From contig NC_134030.1 of assembly GCF_964204645.1 (NCBI RefSeq), positions 6,552,778-6,616,777 of the forward strand: a stretch of DNA of 64,000 nucleotides, written 5' to 3'. A program made the translations under genes and the position numbers. Below the pieces are notes generated by a model that ran no database searches, had not been told where the DNA came from, and saw only the letters and a list, made by a program, of their open reading frames with translations. The DNA comes from Tubulanus polymorphus (lineage: Eukaryota; Animalia; Nemertea). This document shows, one piece after another, positions 35,501-50,500 of this stretch (within the stretch, counting starts at the first letter, position 1; every line of letters starts with the position of its first letter).

Positions 35501-38500
35501 TGTGGCCAAAAACAGGCTCCAGTATATGGTAGTAAAAAACACTCTTAAAAAATATTAAAACTAAAAACTTAACAGGCTCCTTTACTATTCACTTTATCTT
35601 GCACATCTAAGGTTAGCTACGAGATCTTAAACCCGCCATTTAATAGTTCTTCGATAACAATTTTCGCTCAGACAAAGGGCCTAACCTATTGTCAATAAGA
35701 TAACGCTTATTTTACGCAAATCCACACAATATTCAGACAAAGGCTAGTTAAGCATTTAACCCTGTAATCGACCAGGAGTTAAGTGTAAACTTATGTTTTC
35801 CTTCTAACGCCACGGGTTGAAAGAAAGTTAGTTATTTTTTCACCATAGTGTTATCAGAATTCTACAAGAAGTGTTGAACTGGCGATGAAACTCATTACAG
35901 AGAACCTGTTACAGCTTCCGAAACAGCTGCAGTTTATTCTCAATTCTGCTTCCATCAATTTTCCCTTTATTCAGGTCCATTCATCCGTAACTAACATTAT
36001 TACTAGGCAGTGAACCCGAACAAAACACTGAACAAAACAGACCCAAATAATGTTTGCATAAGAAACATAAATAATAAGATTCTAATGAAAAATTACTCTG
36101 AGATGCGCGATAATAATTTTCAAACTGCTAGGAATGTTCCTACGTGGTGGTATTCTCATACAAAAAAAAAAACTCAGAAAGGAAGGTAGGAGAGGTAGTT
36201 ATAAAGATTTATATGTTTGTATGGGTTAAACAGGTGATACAACATAAAACAAACCTTACCTGTATCAGGTAAAGTACGTATAGTGCTTGTACTAATAGGA
36301 TACTTCTATCAAAAAATACTTCAACATCTCAACTAACAAAATACCTTGCTTTATTCTTATAGTTACATTTCTTAATATTTGATAGGTATACATGTATACA
36401 TTTCACCAACTACCAGAGATTTTACTGATAATCCACAATAAAACACCAAGTCAAAATTTGTTTGTATTGTCAATACCAACAAGGCATCTGAGTTAGGAAA
36501 CCTGGACGAGAAGATGGACCTTTGACAACAATCAGAGATCTCTTTGACACACCAGACTACCTGTTATCCCTTATATTAGTAGTTTTCACCAAAGAATTAG
36601 AGTAATTTAATACATAGTAGCTTAATTGAAAATGAACCAGAAATTATTCTGATTTTGAGAGTATGTTCATATTTTTGGGAGAAGTTGAGGTCTCGAAAGG
36701 AGTAGAAACTACTCTCAAATAATAATCGCAGTAAGCTTCGACCGAGGCACTTCTACTTACGAGTCAATATCGAACATCTATCCATGGTCTCTATACAACA
36801 ACAGATCAGTGAGAGAATCCTGACCACATAGAGAGGGAAAGATACATCAAACAAATATCACTTTCTTTACATATATATGTATATATAGATCTTACGATAT
36901 GTTCGTCTATTATCGTGGCTACTCTAGCTATTGTCCGGGCAGCCGGGCATTGTCTGGGGCACGTGTGATAAAATCCTGTACACGCGTCCGCGGATATATA
37001 TCTCGCCTATATATTCGATTATGACTAATTCATGAACGACTGCACCCGGTCGGTCGGCTACAAACCTGACACGATCCCATCATTAATAATTAATCAAAGA
37101 ACCCCTGCTCAATGTGATCTGGTTAAGTAGATGAATGAACTATATAATATAGACGATTTAGTAAATACTAACATTTTAGTTCAACGTCGAACAAATACAG
37201 GGGCAGATCTAGGGAATTTGGAAGGCTTATGTCCAGAAGAAATGAAAGGGCATGAAATGGCATTTCTTGGATAAAGCAGCCTCAGTCAAAGGCCTAGGGT
37301 TTTGTATGGTTGCAGCCCACGGTTTTAGATATTTTCGTTTAATACACGAGAGGTTGCAATTTCTGAGAGAATGAGTGTCAAATTTACAGGTTTTGATATT
37401 CTTTGTCTCGATGAAAAGGGCTACCTCAATGGGTAAGGCAGGGGTTGGGACCCCCGAGAACACCTCCTAAATCCGCCCCTGAAATAAAATCACTATAAAT
37501 CATGACAAAATATAGTAAGAATTGCAGCTCAAAGACGATAGAATTTTGAAATGAAGTTTTCTAGTTTAGAACAATGTCCCCACAACATTCTGAATTAAGG
37601 AAATGGAGCAAAGCATTGATTTCTATGTTAAGTCAATTTGTCAAATATTTAACTATCTTAAGAATTCATAAGAAGTAAACTCCACGAAATTGTCATAGAA
37701 ACTCAAGTTGAAGTATATGATACTGTTTGTTTGAATTGTTTAATGTTAGGGGTAAATAATTCATGTAAATTTATTCAACGTGTTCATAATGTTGACTTTT
37801 AAACCACCAGTCGCAATGATATCCCAGCTATCCCCGCGCGGTGACAACAGAAAACAACGTTCTGAGAGCCACCCACTCCATGACATTTCCGAAATCGAAT
37901 ACTTAAAAACAAAAATCATAATTCTGCATCAACAACAACACACAATCCCGCCGCAATGATTCCATACAACTACGTCTGATATAGATCTGGATAATGTACA
38001 AAAAAGATGTATTCAGCATTTGTAGGATTTTCTTGCTAGAGTTATTGAAGATTGGTACCAGCATATTTCTAGTTGAACGTGAAAAAAAATTCACTAGCAC
38101 AATACTCGGGGTCATTCGTTTCATGTCATGAGGGAAAATAATGATAATTGCAAATAGGTTTTTCATAATTTGCCACACGCTTTTGTTGAGTGCCTTTGTT
38201 CAAGCGGGTGAAGGGAAAAAGGAACCAATTCTGGTTTGCGCTTTTCTACCCGCAGAAATATCGACGTCATATCAAAATGGCCTACTTCAAACTGATATTT
38301 GATATTCACGTACAAGGCTTTCTAATCAAAGCAGATGTTTTTGCGTATAGACTTCTGGTTCAGGGGGTGGATGAGGATGATGGAGAAAGCAGGATTTCTG
38401 TCTCTCTAGAATCTGAAGAATGTTCTAGATATAACCGACTGAATCTTAGAGAGGCATAAATAGCGCCGAGCGAAAACTGCGCTGAAAGTACAAACCAGAA

Positions 38501-41500
38501 GATCTACAACAAAATGAAGCTGAAATCAGGTCAGATGACCTTTCATTTCTGAAAGCTTTGTCAGAATGTCTTCTAATTTGATAACATGTTTTTAGAAATT
38601 TTCATATCGAAAGGTTGCATATCTTGAGGGTATCATTTTTTTTTCTCGGGACATTTTCCCAGTAAGAGCATTCTCTAGTTTCTATTTTCTTTACATCGTT
38701 GAACCTTAAGCGATTCAATTCCATAATGTAATATTACGTTTCAGATAATTTTGCATTTCACGCGAGAAGGATATTGAACAAACTATGTTTGATATAAAAA
38801 CACCAAAGAAATTTAACATTTCATACTGAGATCAGCACAAACACATTTTGATCACGAATATTTCTATGCACTCCAATATATTAATCATACTCCAGAATTG
38901 GTTGTTGAACTGAGATGGATTCTGTTTTGAAGTGAGTAAATCATTCACCTATCGATTGAGACCGATTAGCGATGGCGTACCCAGTAGCCTATATCGTATT
39001 TATTCCGGAGAGTAAGTTACATGCTCGGTAATCTTGTATCTCTTTTCGAATAACATCGCGTTTCATCTTCTGTAAACGCAGCACATGTAACTAAATACAT
39101 CGGAGTTTCTGAGTAGAGTGCTTTTACTTTGAGATCGAACCGAAGAGTCAGAAAGATGACTTAAAATTGATACAAAAATTTCTCGCTTCGGTAAAAGAAA
39201 GTACCAAAATCACTCCCATTTCTAGACAAAAAAAAAAACAAAAAAGCATCTTCTCTTTTTATCATGAAAACAACGCTTTGACTACCTCTTGATACCCGGT
39301 CCATCTTGCATCCGAATAATTGGGCCAATAAAGTTAAACGAGGAATAAAAATAGCCGAGACTGAACAATAGTAATTACAGAAAATGAGTCAGATGTTACT
39401 CAATAATAGAGATCGAGATCTTAAAATGTAGCATATTGTGAAAAATTCACATTACGATTGAATGAAGAATTCTGAAAATGGTGCGCGAGAAGATGAATTG
39501 GAATCGTCACGGAATAACGAGATGGAAGAATGAATTATTTAAAACTCTCTCAGACATCATCTCCTTTTATCAACGGTCGCTCGATATATACTGTATAGAT
39601 GAATAGATATAGATATCTATTGGATTTAGTTTGAATTAATGATGAAACTCTGTTAAACGATGTGGCTGCAGGATACAATACATCCATCATGAAGTATCAG
39701 ATAAGCGTGTTCAGCTCAGTGCTAAAACAATGGAGCAATGCTCCAAAATGCTTCAGAGGAGGTGGACAATATTTGTTTCAATTTGCTCCACGAGATTACA
39801 CTTGGACTGGCCAGAATATCTTCAAATTCTAAGCCCAAAATGACATGTCATATGAGAACAGTCAATAATGAACTAATAAGACAGTGGACACGTTATAATT
39901 GATGTGGACACAACGTGCTCAGAGGGGTAGAAACTGGCACAGAACAAAACCAGCTGACAGGAAACCGGCCTAAATTATGGGTGTAGACATGTCGGTTCTG
40001 GGGGGTAGAATAGAAGAAGAATAGAAGAGTATATATTGAACCCTTCAGGGGACCAAATAGATACTCTTTTGGCAGTTGTAATTACGTGAACCTACGGACA
40101 GAAGGTAGCTACGTCTATTCAGGAGGATATGTAGAAACCTCCCTCGGTTATTATGGATGGAAGGATGAAACGTGTTGACACTGAATCTGAATAATGGAGC
40201 AACAGATTTGATGAATTAGGATTTTATTTAACTATAGACAACAAGCGGCCCTCAATAGGTATGAAGCAGCTGACAGAGGAACTACCCTGACTGACCAATA
40301 CAACTACTCATCAGTTTAGACAAATACTCATAGCGTTTCATAGTAAACTGAACGTTATCATCATTCATATTTATAGAACATATGAGTGAGATAACTGAAG
40401 TATTTATTCCGTAAATATATAAACACTAGGAATGAATTGTTCTCGAAAGCTGCCCCAGTTAAATCATAATAATTCGATAATATAACGTAAACATGGACTT
40501 TCAAATGCAAATATAGGCATCTTTGTCCGTTTGAAAATATGAAATTCATAAAATTTGCCATCAAAATGATAATAATTTTCGACAATATTGCAGGATATAT
40601 TGAACTATAGGGAATTGGTTAAGATTCTGGATTCGAGTGTTTGTTTGAAAGGTTTATTGCCCCCCAGTAATACTTCAGGGGTGAAACACTAAAACAACTT
40701 CACAAATCACTGTTATTTTACTAGACATAAAGGACGGTGGTTTTTCTACGCTACCATGAAATGTATGTTGACGATTCTTCTTCAGTGAACAATGAAAATT
40801 TGAGCGAACGTGAAATTGATATCATAAAGGAAGCTTTTAGACAGGGCTATTAGACCCACGCTGAATAAAAACCATAACACGGGTTGAATAATACCCATTG
40901 GCTTGAGGCCTTTGCCTTCAGCTATTCTATGAAAATGAAGATCAAAAGTTTTCCTTTTTCATCCTTTATTCCATGACTAAATCATTCTCTTATTGCTGGG
41001 TGAGGATTTACCGTTGAATATCAAACTGTCTTCAGATTCCAGTTCCACAGTTAGAAATCTGAGGCTGGATATGAAGTAAAAAAAAAAACCTGGACTGTCT
41101 TTTCCAACCAGTAATGGACGACACGTCGGGCATCCACCATAAAACGTGGGAGAAATTAATTCTATAAATCCTAATTCAAGACAAACAATTTCCGCGTGTT
41201 GAATACAATTACACTTTCTTCCTAGAAGTACATTACAAGGTTTAGTGAATACAAATTGAATCCTGTCGAGATTATGTGAACTCCCGGTCGTACATAGACG
41301 GTTTGTCACCGGCACAAACAAAAACTAACTGTGAAATGGAACGTTTTAATTGCGATAAACCTCATTTACCGTAGGGTAGAACTCAGCAGAATTTATTAAA
41401 TGCAGTCTTACGAATTCTCGGTAAAATGCACACAAAGATTTGAGTTGGAAGTATGAAGAAATTCTTGCGTCGCTTGTGTTTCGTGTTGAAATATTTAAAT

Positions 41501-44500
41501 ACTTTCTAATGCGACCAGAGGTTTCTTTGATGTTCGAAAACTTGTCGTGTTAAAAGCATAACTCCAAGGATCGTATACTTTTGTAACTGGCGAATACCGC
41601 AGAAATCACTCAGGTTCAATCGAAACCACTTGAGGATGAGAAATAGACCAGCTCACGCTAATAGCTGTAACATGAATCCCAGAAACTCGAAAAAACGGCA
41701 TTTTAAATCTTGATAAAATCACGATAAATCTCTGAGAGATCAAGAGTAGAGAAAGCGCGAGGAGTGGAGAGAGATATGCGTCTGCAGAATGTGAGTCAAT
41801 TTTTTAACCGATCGATTCGGAACTGAAATCCAGAGCAGATACAGTAGAAAAAAACACTTTGACATTAACGATTTATGTTTATGAGACAAATCCGATCCAG
41901 AATTCTCATCTCGCGTAAGAGCCCACACTGATTGACCACCGATAACAACCCACCACGTCTAGAATTTCACTCGAAAAAATAATATGAACCAAGATATATT
42001 TCGATTACAAATTAGCGTACCACAAAAAATATCTTATTAATACACGATACAAATGGAAAATTGAACAAACTCATGATTCGAGACCTATTGATGATAATTA
42101 CCCACATTAATTTGTTAAATACCTCGCAGTTACTGAGATAAAGTCTTACCATCAATCATGATGAAATTCTTCTCAAGTCGAATTGAATCTCATTAGATTA
42201 TCCACAATTAACTGTTTTAAGACTATCGGACGTCTTTAGTTGCGCTGGTGGCCGACGCAATCGTAAAACTAACCCACTCTCCCTTTCACCTGGCGTAATA
42301 CCGGAATAATCCACTACAGGTGTCGAGGGGTGTGAAGCGTACGCAGGGATTCCCACACTACTCGAGGAAACGCAAATTACTATCCGTTAATTACGCGATA
42401 ATCTACTGAGAAAATAATTATCCAATCTTCGAATTAATTCTCGGCCACGGGAAATTATTCGTAATTCCTGACACTGGAAAAACTGTGGAAATCTACGTAA
42501 TCATAATAAATTCAGCTAACAAAACAATTACCGGGTAACCTAATTGAATGTAATTAATTAGATATATGACTGACAAGACAATTAGTCAGTAATTAGTCAG
42601 TAGCAGTAGAGTGTTTTAGTTCTCTTCTCAAAAGAAGCGCTGCTGTCAATATTTTAACCTTGATCTTAGTGTCTCATGTCAAATTATCAACCAATCGGAA
42701 CAAACTTACGAAGGGAACTATCGAGGATTCCTCAGACAGTCAATGTCAGATCTCATTTTCTGATGCCGTCAAAACGGTTACAAATCTTTATATATATGTT
42801 GATACCTAGTATGCGTTATTGAAGGGGTACTGTGTGAGTCGATGTGCAATACACCATCGATATTGGTGTTTCAAAATAACAATTGAAAATGTAAATATTG
42901 ACATTTGTTATTAATTTATTATTTATTGAATTTAATGACTCATATCTTCTATTCACCGAATCTTCATGTTTTATATCAAAGCGTACTTACAAGTTTGTAT
43001 TCCTGTCTTATTTTTTCGATTCATCAATAAATATTGAAATAAAAAATGATTAATATCTGGGCAGCAAATTTCAAGCCAAGACATCCTAATCAATAAAAGG
43101 TATATAGCGCAATGAGCAGTAAATGAAATATTCACCCCAGCGTTCATAACCAGGGAGATGGGAGAGTATGTAATACGTAACAGTTATTAATAATTCAGTT
43201 ATTCAATAATTCAATATCGTCTGAAGCTGCTTTGACCAGTTCATACCAGTAGTTTTATTGAGGCTGGATTTACAAAATCAACTCGACGGAAACCTCTTCA
43301 TATCTATAGCCGAAATTCCTTTTGAAGTTTTCTATAATGAAGTCCTCATTGCCTAATTCAATATGATAATCTTTGACACTATTAAAGTGTGAGGACCTCT
43401 TACTGTTTATGAGAATGACACCTCTCTCTCTCATTCTCTTTGATGGAGCTCGAATCAAGATTATCTCAGTATGAAACCAAACGATTGATTTCGAGAAAAT
43501 AATCCTTCTATCTGAGCTGAACAGAACTACAACATACAAGATTAAAAAGGCAAAAATTACCGGTAAAACCGAATCTCTTTTACCAGTAATAGATTTCCTA
43601 CTTCAGGTGCATACTAGGACAAATCCTTTAGAAGTTGAAATGAATTTTGTGCTTCCTGATATTTCTGACGATAGGAAAAGTTAATGGAAGGAAAAGTGAC
43701 AAAAATAGAAACCAGATTGAGAATCAATGATCGTACAACAAAACATCTCAAAATCTGCATCATTTTACAGTTAATTTTAGATGAATGAATTTATTTGCAA
43801 AAAATAAATATATCAAGATATCAGCGAACCGGATAAATATGTAGAGGATTAATGTTTGTGATGGTTGGTTGTTTGGTTGGTATACGTGGCCGGGCGGTTG
43901 GTAGGTATATATTGATTTTAGTAGTCCATTATGTTAAGTACACCGCGCGCCGCGCAACATTCGTCTGAGATATATATATATATATATATACACAAACAGA
44001 CAGACGAACGGAAACTGAAAGGCACGTGAAAGTGGAGACAAAATACAAGACAAATAGTTCGCTATATTTTTCGAGTGCTCAAGTAGTGTGAAAACTGATA
44101 CATAAGTGCGCCACACGTTTACGGCGTGCTTCGTTAATTGCTACTTTTTACGTAAAATAATCGGTAAAAGATACATATATATATATATATATATTATGCA
44201 TGATGCAGTCGTTGTCGGAGCGGAGGCTGGTGTAGAGAGGATGCAGAGTCTCTTCAGCTGGTGGAACAGACAATCGGTTAGATATACACGTGTCTGAGCG
44301 TTCAGAAAGCGAGGAGAGAAGACCATGCAAGACGATCGCGCCAATGGCTGCAATCATCGACTGATATTTGAGATTAGTTTATTTCGTTGTGTCCGGATGC
44401 GGATAATAATAAGATTTTTATGAGGTGGCAATAAAAACTCAGCTGCTGAGGTGATGTTTAATAGAGACAGCGCTGATCGGCGAGAGACGCTTTAACCTGT

Positions 44501-47500
44501 CCATCGCAGTAAGTACTAACCTCTCCCTGTCCTAGCCGTAGTTCTCAGTGGATACACCGCGGTCGAATTATCTTTAAAACAGCAATTGAACAATTCAATT
44601 TCAACCAATCGAAACTTCCAAAACATGGCAAATTCATTTTCAAAACGTTCTTTCTTTCTTGTTCCGCAATATGAATTTACTGATTTTTATCATTGATTGT
44701 AAGCCCAACCTTTTCCATGGACGTTAAATGGAAAATTTAAAAGTACGGGTAACTAACTGTCTTTGTTTCACCTACGCAAACTAAAGATTAGGTAAGATCT
44801 TTTTTCGCTGATGGTTATTTCGATTCACTTGTTAGGAATGTTTTAACATGTGGAAGCTACTAAACTGTTATCAGTGAACACGATATTTCAATATTAGTAA
44901 ATACAAGCCACATGTCAAACACGACGCGATTGGCCATCCCCTGCCAAGCATTTTCATCTCGGGAAATGTAAAAGCAAGATTTAATCGAAAATGAATGAAA
45001 GTCCAAGATATGATTTTTTTAGATCTTATGAAAAGCAAGCCGAAACCATCCAAAATCGATGCAAAATTCGAATAGGAGAAAACCTTGTTTTCACGGAACC
45101 TAAAAGGATTAGAATAATGGACCTCTTTTGTTATTCAAAACTATACTTTTTCACACAATTTCTTAGTATTGTAGCTAATCAAAAGTCATACGGGAATGAA
45201 AAATACCTACATGACTTTCATAAGTTTTCAGGTCCTTAATAAACATTACATTTAGCTAATATTCATGACTTTCTCTCTCATTTCATAGATGGTGATATTT
45301 ACACAACACTAATCCACAGGTCTATATTACACGGTTGTTTGTATAAACCGAGGGCATAAACCAACGCCATACATTTACAAGTCTTTCACAAATATACGCC
45401 CCCCATTTCAAACCCTAAGAGCGCCCAACAATTCCTTAAGTGTCTTTTTGTATCCGGAGATCAAACATATCTGCGGAGGATATAATGCCAAAAACAACAT
45501 TATTTCATGCCACTCCTAAAACAACAAACGGACTGGCGTATTCTTGAATTCTTTTTAACAATTGATCAGTAAGGCTTACTATTGGACCCCGGAGTAACAA
45601 GTTAATATTTGATCATTTTAACTTTTAAAGAGTCAAACTCAACTCATATGGACATGTCTCTAGATACTGAAACTAATGAAATATTCATAACTCTAAAGAC
45701 AACTGTAATATACACAGCTACAGTCATCAATTAGTTACTCAAGATTGACAACAGTTTGCATGTGTCAGTAAGCACTATTACCAGGTTTCAACACTGGCTC
45801 TGTCAAACTGTTGATGATCCAAACTATATGAGCAATTAAGCTATGGCAGGTTTTTGAAGAAGGATGCATTCATAATCTAATGAGCAACGACATGGAAACT
45901 TAATCAAGAATTACAGATTGCATCGCGTTAAAGGATATAGAGATGGAACCAAATTTTGTGAAAATGTTTCTAGCATTGAATAATGGATGACGGAGTGGCG
46001 GGGGGGGGGGGATGTACAAAAAGTATTAATGAGATTAATGACTATGTTAGTGTAAAGACGATGATGAGCGAATTAAAGACCGGGCACATTGTCGATCAGT
46101 CAGGGGTCTGACTAACTACTGATTATAGGATATATTCAATATGAATCGATCGGTTGTTTATCTGCATTCAACCAGGAAATAATTCCATCTCTTTATTCGA
46201 TATATTCATTGATGTTGCGAATTCTCATCTGATGATGATGATATGTGATGTGAGCTCAGATATTTAGGAGTTCTACGATATAGGCAATGTATAATGTATA
46301 ATGTATATATCGGGAAAATAGAAATGGACCAGCTTTCTGAACAACGCGTGTAACCGAATACAGTGAAGTGTGTAGAATACCTGTTTTATATGTTAATTAC
46401 CAGTCGCGGCTCAAATTACGGAAACTAATCAAATTGAAACAACTCTCCGCGCGACAAATTATTCATGAAATTTCAACATTGTTTGTACCCTTTTCAGTGG
46501 AAATGAACTCAACCTCGATAACTGTTCGGCAATAACTGCTACGTGAAGATGATCATGTCATTCGGAAAGTGGACTCTGAAAGACGTTCTATTCCCGAGAA
46601 TGTTGGACTTTATAGGAATAATCATTAGATCAGGTAAGATTGAAATATATTGATACATTGAAAATTCCACAATTGAAACATTCTAAATCTATCAAAATAT
46701 TCATACTGTCAGTAAATAAACTTGAAATAAAATAAACTTGTCTCAATTGTGGAAGCTTTAAAGGAATCACAGTCGTAGGGACCCTGTATTGTATGTGTAT
46801 AACTCGAAATGGTATTTATTCACTCACCTCGTTCGGCTTCAACCTTTTCACCACACATCTTTCTCAACCTCGATGGCGGCAAACAAAAAGATATATTTAT
46901 CTGTTTAATGTCTTCGTTTTCGATTTTCACCGAACCGCCTTCGGTCGACGCGCACTGTTCAATGACTTTCCAGTTTTCATTGTCAGTCGTTGCTTCGATC
47001 TGGACGCAATATTGTCCGGCAATACTTTTAAATTTCAACAGGCTCTCGGCGACGATATACCGCACATCTTCTGGCGTCGGCAAAACCACAGCTGGAACAA
47101 AAGTGACAAAATACATTATTGGTACTTTGAAAAAACTCTTCACAGGGTGGTCATCTTCTGTCAATTTACAAATTCCAAGTTTTCCCTGATTTTTTCATGT
47201 TGAATAAATCCAAGGAATTTTTTTGGTTTAAAATGTAACAATTCATTCGTTTTCTATGAATCATGTATCGATAAAGAAACACGCGGGCAATCACATATCC
47301 AAATTCCCTAAGTTTTCCCTCAGATTTTTGCTAAATTTGTCAAATTCCCTGTTTTTTTACCACAATTTTTCTGATTCCCTGAGGTTTCCAGATCTTCCAG
47401 GTTTTCCAGGTCAGTGGCTACGCTGTCTGAAACTATATAACTACTTTTTCATTGATCAGAATTATCACCTCAAACTTACTTTTTAAGTTAACGTCGACAT

Positions 47501-50500
47501 TCTTCGATTTGGCACCGAGCATGTTCACCGCTCTGCACGTGTATTGACCTAAATGTTGTTTGTCCGTTATTTTCAAACTAAGTTTCGAAAGAACGGAATA
47601 TTCCCCAGTTGTATCCGTCGTTTGGATATTCACATTAGCACCGTTCGACGCAATCGGTCCTTGCGGTCCGCTCCATTCGATAGTTGGTTTGGGTAAACCT
47701 TTCCCGTGACATTCGATCGTCACTGTTTCATTGACGAAAGCGCTGTATTGAGTCTCCTTTACGAACGCCTCAGCTTCGTCTGTAAAATACATTATAGTTG
47801 AAACCAGATATTTCTAATGATCATTACGTTTATGCAAAATATCTCAATATTCCGTTGAACTTTCTACCATAGGTGCCTGGTGCAAACATTTTGTGACCCC
47901 AGTATCCTAGGAACGGTAAAGAAAGGTTTTTTTTGAATGGTACCTAGGATACTTGGATAAAAAAACCTATTGCGCCAGGTCTCTCAAAGCGGACTACCTG
48001 ATATCTGTAGTAGTTTTTACCAACAAATGAGAGTAATTTGACATAATAAATAGTAGTTTAATTGATATTCAACTAGAAATTATTCTCATTTTGAGAGTGC
48101 TTTGATATTAGATACTACTTGATTTAGAAACTACTCTTAAACAGTTATCGTAGTCAGGTCTCGGTCCTTGTGTTTTCTACAATAATAGACTTACACTGCA
48201 CTCGAACTAGGATGGATTTCTTTTCGATACCAGTTTTTACCGGTTGTCCGGACGGTTTCAGAGAATTCGACGCAATGCACGTGTACTCGCCGGAGTCCGC
48301 TCTTGTCACCTTCTCTTTGAACAACGTGACGCCGTTGACGCCTGAATTCGGATCGCCGCGTTTCTCCCAGCGAACCAGAGCCGATGGATTTGCGCTCTCT
48401 ATTCGACATGGTACCTTCAACTCGTTCGTTTCATTCAGTAGTAACTCCGGCCCGGACGGAAAATTTTGAATCGTGGGTTTATCTGAAATTTACACCAAAA
48501 TTACTAAACCTGTGAATATCTTTATTCAGAGATGGCTATCAAATAGGCTTTAAGATCTGGAAACGATATTCAACCTCAGTAACCAAATTTCGACAAGCAG
48601 GTACATTTTAGATATTGTGAAAAATGGCTGAATTCCTACATGTTCACACTTTCATCCACCGGATACTTACACTGAACTTCAACCTTAATCGTAGCTTCTG
48701 TTGTACCAATTTGATTAGAGGCTGTACATGAGAATTCGCTACTGTTTGTTCTCAGATATGTCGGCGAATACTGCAAATTCACTTCCGTAGCTGAAAAATC
48801 AAGCGATATCATTCACGATGAAACAACTGAAAAGCAATCAAAGCATACCCAGTCCACCATGGCAGGGTTTGTACTTCAGCGGTCTCAGGGCATCCTCCCT
48901 CAGCGGGGATTCAAACCTGATATCGCTAGACTCATCCACGGCACAAACCCATACCACACTAGACCCGGTGCGCAGGTACATGCGCAGGTTAACCGCACGA
49001 AAACATATAGCTGCGCGCTCGGTGCGGCAGGGATTTGTACCGAGGCAATCTCAAGTTCGAATCCCTGCCTGAAGCGTTACTTCCAACTGTCTACTTACGC
49101 TGAATAACACCTTGTTTTTTCCAGACAACATTTCCAATTATTCCTGGGTTAGCGGCAATATTACATAATAGCGTGGACGGTTGATTTTCCACCACAACTA
49201 AAGGATTATACACTTTTTTTGTACTTTCTAAAAGTATCGAAACTCGAGGCTTATCTGAAAATATCAAAACAAGAATTACCTTAATCAATTCGAGAGCTAT
49301 GCAGGGCAATAGCGAACAGACCAATTTTCGCTTTACGTCAATTGTTTCCCACGATTAACCCTATTGGATTGTTCATTTACCCTCACGTGGCGGGACGCCC
49401 TTGGGTGTATTGCCCGCATATTGTGAGCAGCCAGCAAGACTCAAACCTACTTGTCACCCAGCAATGAAGGCAACAGCATCTCACCTTTTCTTCGCTGAGC
49501 TACTGAGGCCGCTTACAGTAAGCAGAGGTGCTGCCTCTACATGGTCATTAGTGGGACTACTAACATTGCAGATGAGGCACCATCTGATGGGCAAAATAAA
49601 AACTACATAAGTTGAAGATGTGCTGCCACCTTATGGGCAATAGTAAAACTACTACTACTTAAGTTGATCATCTAATGGGTGATTATGATATCATTAACAT
49701 GAAACGCGCTATCACAGCGTGTTCAACACAGGAAACTACCTAAGGAGCTGTCATATAGGCCTATTTGAAATGTACTGAATCATATACTTACATTGAACAC
49801 TGATCAATTTAGCTGTTTCTAAAGTTAACAGTTGATTAAATACTTTGCAGGTATAGTTCGTTTTATCGTCCTCGTAGGAAACTGTTTTTGTGGCTGTAGC
49901 AGTAGTCGTCTCCCCTACTGTATTGACAGTTGTCTGCAGCGGTCCGGACCGATTGTAAATCTCGATAGTTGGGGTCGGGTTCCCGCCCGTTGAACTGCAG
50001 GTAAATGTCACCGTGTTACCTTCCGTGATAGCGCCTGAACCGGCGTTAAAAACTGGTGGCCCCGGAGGTACTGAAATAGAAAAAACACATCAGTACACAT
50101 GAAAGACATTTAAACAGCAAAAGATGGATGATTACATCATATCATATCACAATCATATCATATGTTAATGGTATATCAACAGATTGCTTGTATAAAATTT
50201 TTGAGTCATGCGGTAGATGAAATATAAGTTCCTGACAGCTATCGTTATAATAGAATATTGGACCTGGGAATCTATTCAAAGGTCTTTTAAAACCTTATTT
50301 GATTGCTTAAATTGAATTTTTTATCATGGTTACAAATAATTGCCTAACAACTATATGGTGTTTAAGATTGCCTCAGACCAGGAAGTGTTTTATAGCAGCC
50401 ATAAAACATTACGATTTATAAATTCAATCAGTTAATGGATAGATTTATCTCAATTATAACAGTCATGGTCAATGTTTCATTGTCATGAAGTATCTCTTAT

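Noticed and set aside
36260-36305. Ser/Thr-rich stalk exon candidate for gene 4 (KYPISTSTIRTLPDT|gtaagg)
   Set aside because: No nearby acceptor gives a phase 1-1 length; it would need an unidentified partner exon.
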